The notes beneath the pieces are model-generated. The model worked only from the letters and a program-made list of their open reading frames with translations. It searched no databases and was not told where the DNA came from. DNA of 36,075 bases, taken from assembly GCA_964654675.1 (NCBI GenBank), contig CAZZKP010000003.1, positions 1-36,075 of the forward strand. The letters are read 5' to 3'. Numbering within the stretch: the first letter of the stretch is position 1; each line of letters opens with the position of its first letter. Positions 33,599-36,075 of this stretch are shown here, piece after piece. A program made the translations under genes and the position numbers. The stretch comes from an uncultured Bifidobacterium sp. GTDB lineage: Bacteria; Bacteroidota; Bacteroidia; NS11-12g; UBA955.

Positions 33599-35371
33599 TT
33601 ATCTGATTTGGTATTTGCGTTTGCGATATATGTTATTGAAAAATCCAAAAATCAACACGCTCAAAAGGGGCGCTACAAGGTTGAACCACTGCCAATATGT
33701 ATGCTCCAATCGTGTTTTCTCTGGGTCTAACAAGCGCAATGTTTTTTCTTTGGCGCGGATTTCAATCAATCCGTTGTCGTCTATCAAATAGTCGATACAA
33801 TTCAAGAGAAACTTCTTATTGGCAAAAGTCGTTTTTGTAAATCTATCGTAGCCTGTTGGGTAAATTCCACCGCGTCCACTCACTCCATTTCTCATGATAT
33901 CGCCATCGGCAATTACAACCATTTTACTTTTTCCATTGGGTAAAAAAGCCTCGCCAGTGTAGTGTTTTTGATAGATGAACGGCGATTGAAATGTGCCTTC
34001 CATCAAAACCCCCGTTAACTTGCTGCCGCCTCTCAATGTGTTCCGGAAGCGATCATCCCTTGATTGCATGTATGCATTTTCCAGGTCAACGTTGGCAGGT
34101 GCTTGAATCGTTTTGGTGTAAGGGCTGCTGCTCAACAACGGAGTGACATTGAGGTCGGTTTTGGATTTCGCTGAGAGTGTTGCTGGGAATTGACCCCACA
34201 CGGGGCCTACGTTTTTGTTGATGATGTGCGGAGAGCTAACCGACATAAATACTGGGAAATAGTAAAAGTCTATCATCTCAGGGCGATTTCCCACGGGAAT
34301 GGGAATTTGATTGCAGTTGGCGTCCATCAATAGCGTAGATTCCATTTTTACCCCGTAGTGAAACAAGGATGCATTGATATTTTCTAACTGATTGTCCATC
34401 GCAGCTATCGAACTGTTGGTTTCAAAACTGTCGATTTCCACATGCACGGGATCAATCATCCAAATCACTTTGCCTCCTTTCAACAAAAATTGATCAATCA
34501 AATAGAGTTCTGAGGGAGAATAGTCCTTTGCCGGCTTGATGATGAGTAACAAATCATTGTTGTTCAATCGCTGTTGTAGGCTACTGATGAGGGTGCTGCC
34601 CATTTCTTCTGGGTTACTCAGGGATTTTAGTTTTTCGATAAATGGCTCGGCCGATTTGGGGTCCGCCACATTGATATTCAACGCCGAAACATCGTAGTAT
34701 TTGCCCAATTCCGCAGCAAAATCACCCACACGATTGTCGATCATTTCACCCGAACCATCCGCAACAGCAATTTTCTTGGGTTTCTCCAAAGTGCACTGCC
34801 TCAATCCATTGGCGATTTCATACTCCACGTTATCGATCGCTCTTTTGATGTTGTTGTCTGCGTCCAAAGCCACATCATGCTCATAGAAGTTGATTGCAAC
34901 CGTTTTTCCGGCATACATCATTTCGGCACCCGGAATGATATTCTTAATCGTGGTGCTGTTGCCGCCTTCCCCCTCTATGTCGCGCTGATGGATTACTCCG
35001 CGTTGGTTGAAATCGTCCAATATACCACTGACTTCAGACAGTTGTTTGCCTTCGAATGGGTCGATGACTTCGATTTCGATTTTTCCACCGCTGAGTTCGC
35101 GAAACTCATAGGCCACATCGCGGATTTCATTGCGAAGGTTTTTAAATCTGGCCGATAAGTCGCCGTCTAGATAGAGGCGGAAGTAACACTTTTCCTTAAG
35201 TTCTTTGCTTAGTTTCTTGCTCGTTTCACTGAGTGTATATCGTTTTTCCTCTGTTAAATCGATGCGTAAATAATAGAAATTGCCAAGAATGTTGGCGACC
35301 ACCACTATGACCAAAAGGGTGGTGAATTCAACGATGGACTGAATGCGTGCTCCGTACTTTTTCATCACCAT
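33599..35371 (-). CDS. gldG: Gliding-motility-associated ABC transporter accessory protein GldG
   Basis: N-terminal TM then NILGNFYYLRIDLTEEKRYTLSETS (typical GldG/ABC-type uncharacterised transport N-terminus). C-terminal TM then basic tail (FNLVAPLLSVLIFGFFNNIYRKRKYQIR). ~590 aa. The start is either ATG ending at 35371 or ATG ending at 35365; both overlap the gldF stop codon. Confidence 0.88.
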   Translation of the reverse strand: MVMKKYGARIQSIVEFTTLLVIVVVANILGNFYYLRIDLTEEKRYTLSETSKKLSKELKEKCYFRLYLDGDLSARFKNLRNEIRDVAYEFRELSGGKIEIEVIDPFEGKQLSEVSGILDDFNQRGVIHQRDIEGEGGNSTTIKNIIPGAEMMYAGKTVAINFYEHDVALDADNNIKRAIDNVEYEIANGLRQCTLEKPKKIAVADGSGEMIDNRVGDFAAELGKYYDVSALNINVADPKSAEPFIEKLKSLSNPEEMGSTLISSLQQRLNNNDLLLIIKPAKDYSPSELYLIDQFLLKGGKVIWMIDPVHVEIDSFETNSSIAAMDNQLENINASLFHYGVKMESTLLMDANCNQIPIPVGNRPEMIDFYYFPVFMSVSSPHIINKNVGPVWGQFPATLSAKSKTDLNVTPLLSSSPYTKTIQAPANVDLENAYMQSRDDRFRNTLRGGSKLTGVLMEGTFQSPFIYQKHYTGEAFLPNGKSKMVVIADGDIMRNGVSGRGGIYPTGYDRFTKTTFANKKFLLNCIDYLIDDNGLIEIRAKEKTLRLLDPEKTRLEHTYWQWFNLVAPLLSVLIFGFFNNIYRKRKYQIR

Positions 35372-36075
35372 TTTCTGCTTTCAAATGCCATTTTTGTTGC
35401 TCCCATAAAGGCAGCGATGAATCCCAAGAAGTAAATTACATCGCGGGTATCGAGGACGCCACGACTTATGGATTGATAGTGGAAATCTAGGCTAAACCAT
35501 TCCAAGCTTTTGCCGATGGCGTCCAGGGCTTTGATGTCGCCTAGGAGACTTAATACGCCATACCAGAAAAAACACAATACCATAGAAATTATCAAAGAGA
35601 CGATTTGATTGTCTGTTAGTGAGCTTGCAAACAACCCGATGCTAGCATAGCTGGCTGCGAGTAATATCAAGCCAAAATAGGAACCCCATGTTGCTCCGGC
35701 ATCTGTGCCCTGCAACGGGTCCGCAAGTTGTTGTATCGTATAGTAGTAAAAAAGGGTGGGCAAAAGGGTGAAGACAATCAATGCCACCGCTGCCAAATAT
35801 TTTCCCATCAAAATAGATAGGTCACTCACGGGACGGGTGGTTAAAATTTCTATTGTTCCCAATCGGCGTTCTTCGCTGAGGCTTCTCATTGTAATGGCTG
35901 AAACCAAAAAGATCAAAATATAGGGGGCGATATTGAACATCACTTGCAGGCTTGCCACGCCCAAGTCAAGGACGTTGTTCCCTTTGATGATCCACATGAA
36001 CAAACCGGTGATTGCCAGGAATACGCCAATCACGACATAGGCGATGAACGAGCCCAAGAAACTGCGAATCTCTTT
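35365..36075 (-). CDS. gldF: Gliding-motility-associated ABC transporter permease GldF (5' end truncated by the window edge)
   Basis: ABC-2 type permease with 6 TM segments. The reading frame stays open to the window edge (…KEIRSFLGSFIAYVVIG…), so the Met at 36057 in the track is internal. It sits directly upstream of gldG and overlaps it. Confidence 0.85.
   Translation of the reverse strand, partial: KEIRSFLGSFIAYVVIGVFLAITGLFMWIIKGNNVLDLGVASLQVMFNIAPYILIFLVSAITMRSLSEERRLGTIEILTTRPVSDLSILMGKYLAAVALIVFTLLPTLFYYYTIQQLADPLQGTDAGATWGSYFGLILLAASYASIGLFASSLTDNQIVSLIISMVLCFFWYGVLSLLGDIKALDAIGKSLEWFSLDFHYQSISRGVLDTRDVIYFLGFIAAFMGATKMAFESRKW

Noticed and set aside
1-36075. Search for CRISPR arrays, tRNA/rRNA genes, transposases, integrases, phage genes, toxin-antitoxin pairs and defence genes
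   Set aside because: None found. All intergenic spacers are at most ~210 bp. No spaced direct-repeat arrays are present. Every large ORF has a plausible housekeeping or T9SS/gliding assignment.

Overview
This is a densely packed chromosomal segment that looks like Bacteroidota. The evidence is type III glutamine synthetase, SprA/GldF/GldG gliding and type IX secretion (T9SS) genes, T9SS C-terminal sorting domains, TAnnTTTG -7 promoter boxes and no Shine-Dalgarno sequences. I support 24 protein-coding genes. The left two thirds (1-22 kb) are mostly housekeeping: RidA, a PaaN-like aldehyde dehydrogenase, YceI, a PduO-type adenosyltransferase, GpsA, Bcp, DPP-IV, Kup, GS-III, TrxB, a PpiD-like isomerase, a SIS isomerase and an MBL hydrolase. 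The right third (22-36 kb) is one co-directional minus-strand block: gldF (cut by the window edge)-gldG-ruvA-sprA-PorZ-like propeller protein-M20 peptidase. I found no rRNA, tRNA, CRISPR array, transposase, integrase, phage gene or recognisable defence gene. The window reads as core genome, not an accessory island, and I see no convincing new multi-gene system. The observations most worth follow-up are: (1) a secreted fusion of a CxxCH domain to a peptidylglycine-monooxygenase-like copper domain, carrying a T9SS sorting tail; (2) the unusually consolidated gliding/T9SS block with ruvA and a membrane-anchored M20 peptidase embedded in it; (3) a 3-hydroxyacyl-CoA dehydrogenase homologue with degenerate catalytic and cofactor motifs; (4) a 117-aa protein with K+-channel-like architecture but a non-canonical filter; (5) -7 promoter boxes so close to start codons that the mRNAs would be leaderless or nearly so. 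All functional calls come from reading motifs in the supplied translations. No database search was run.
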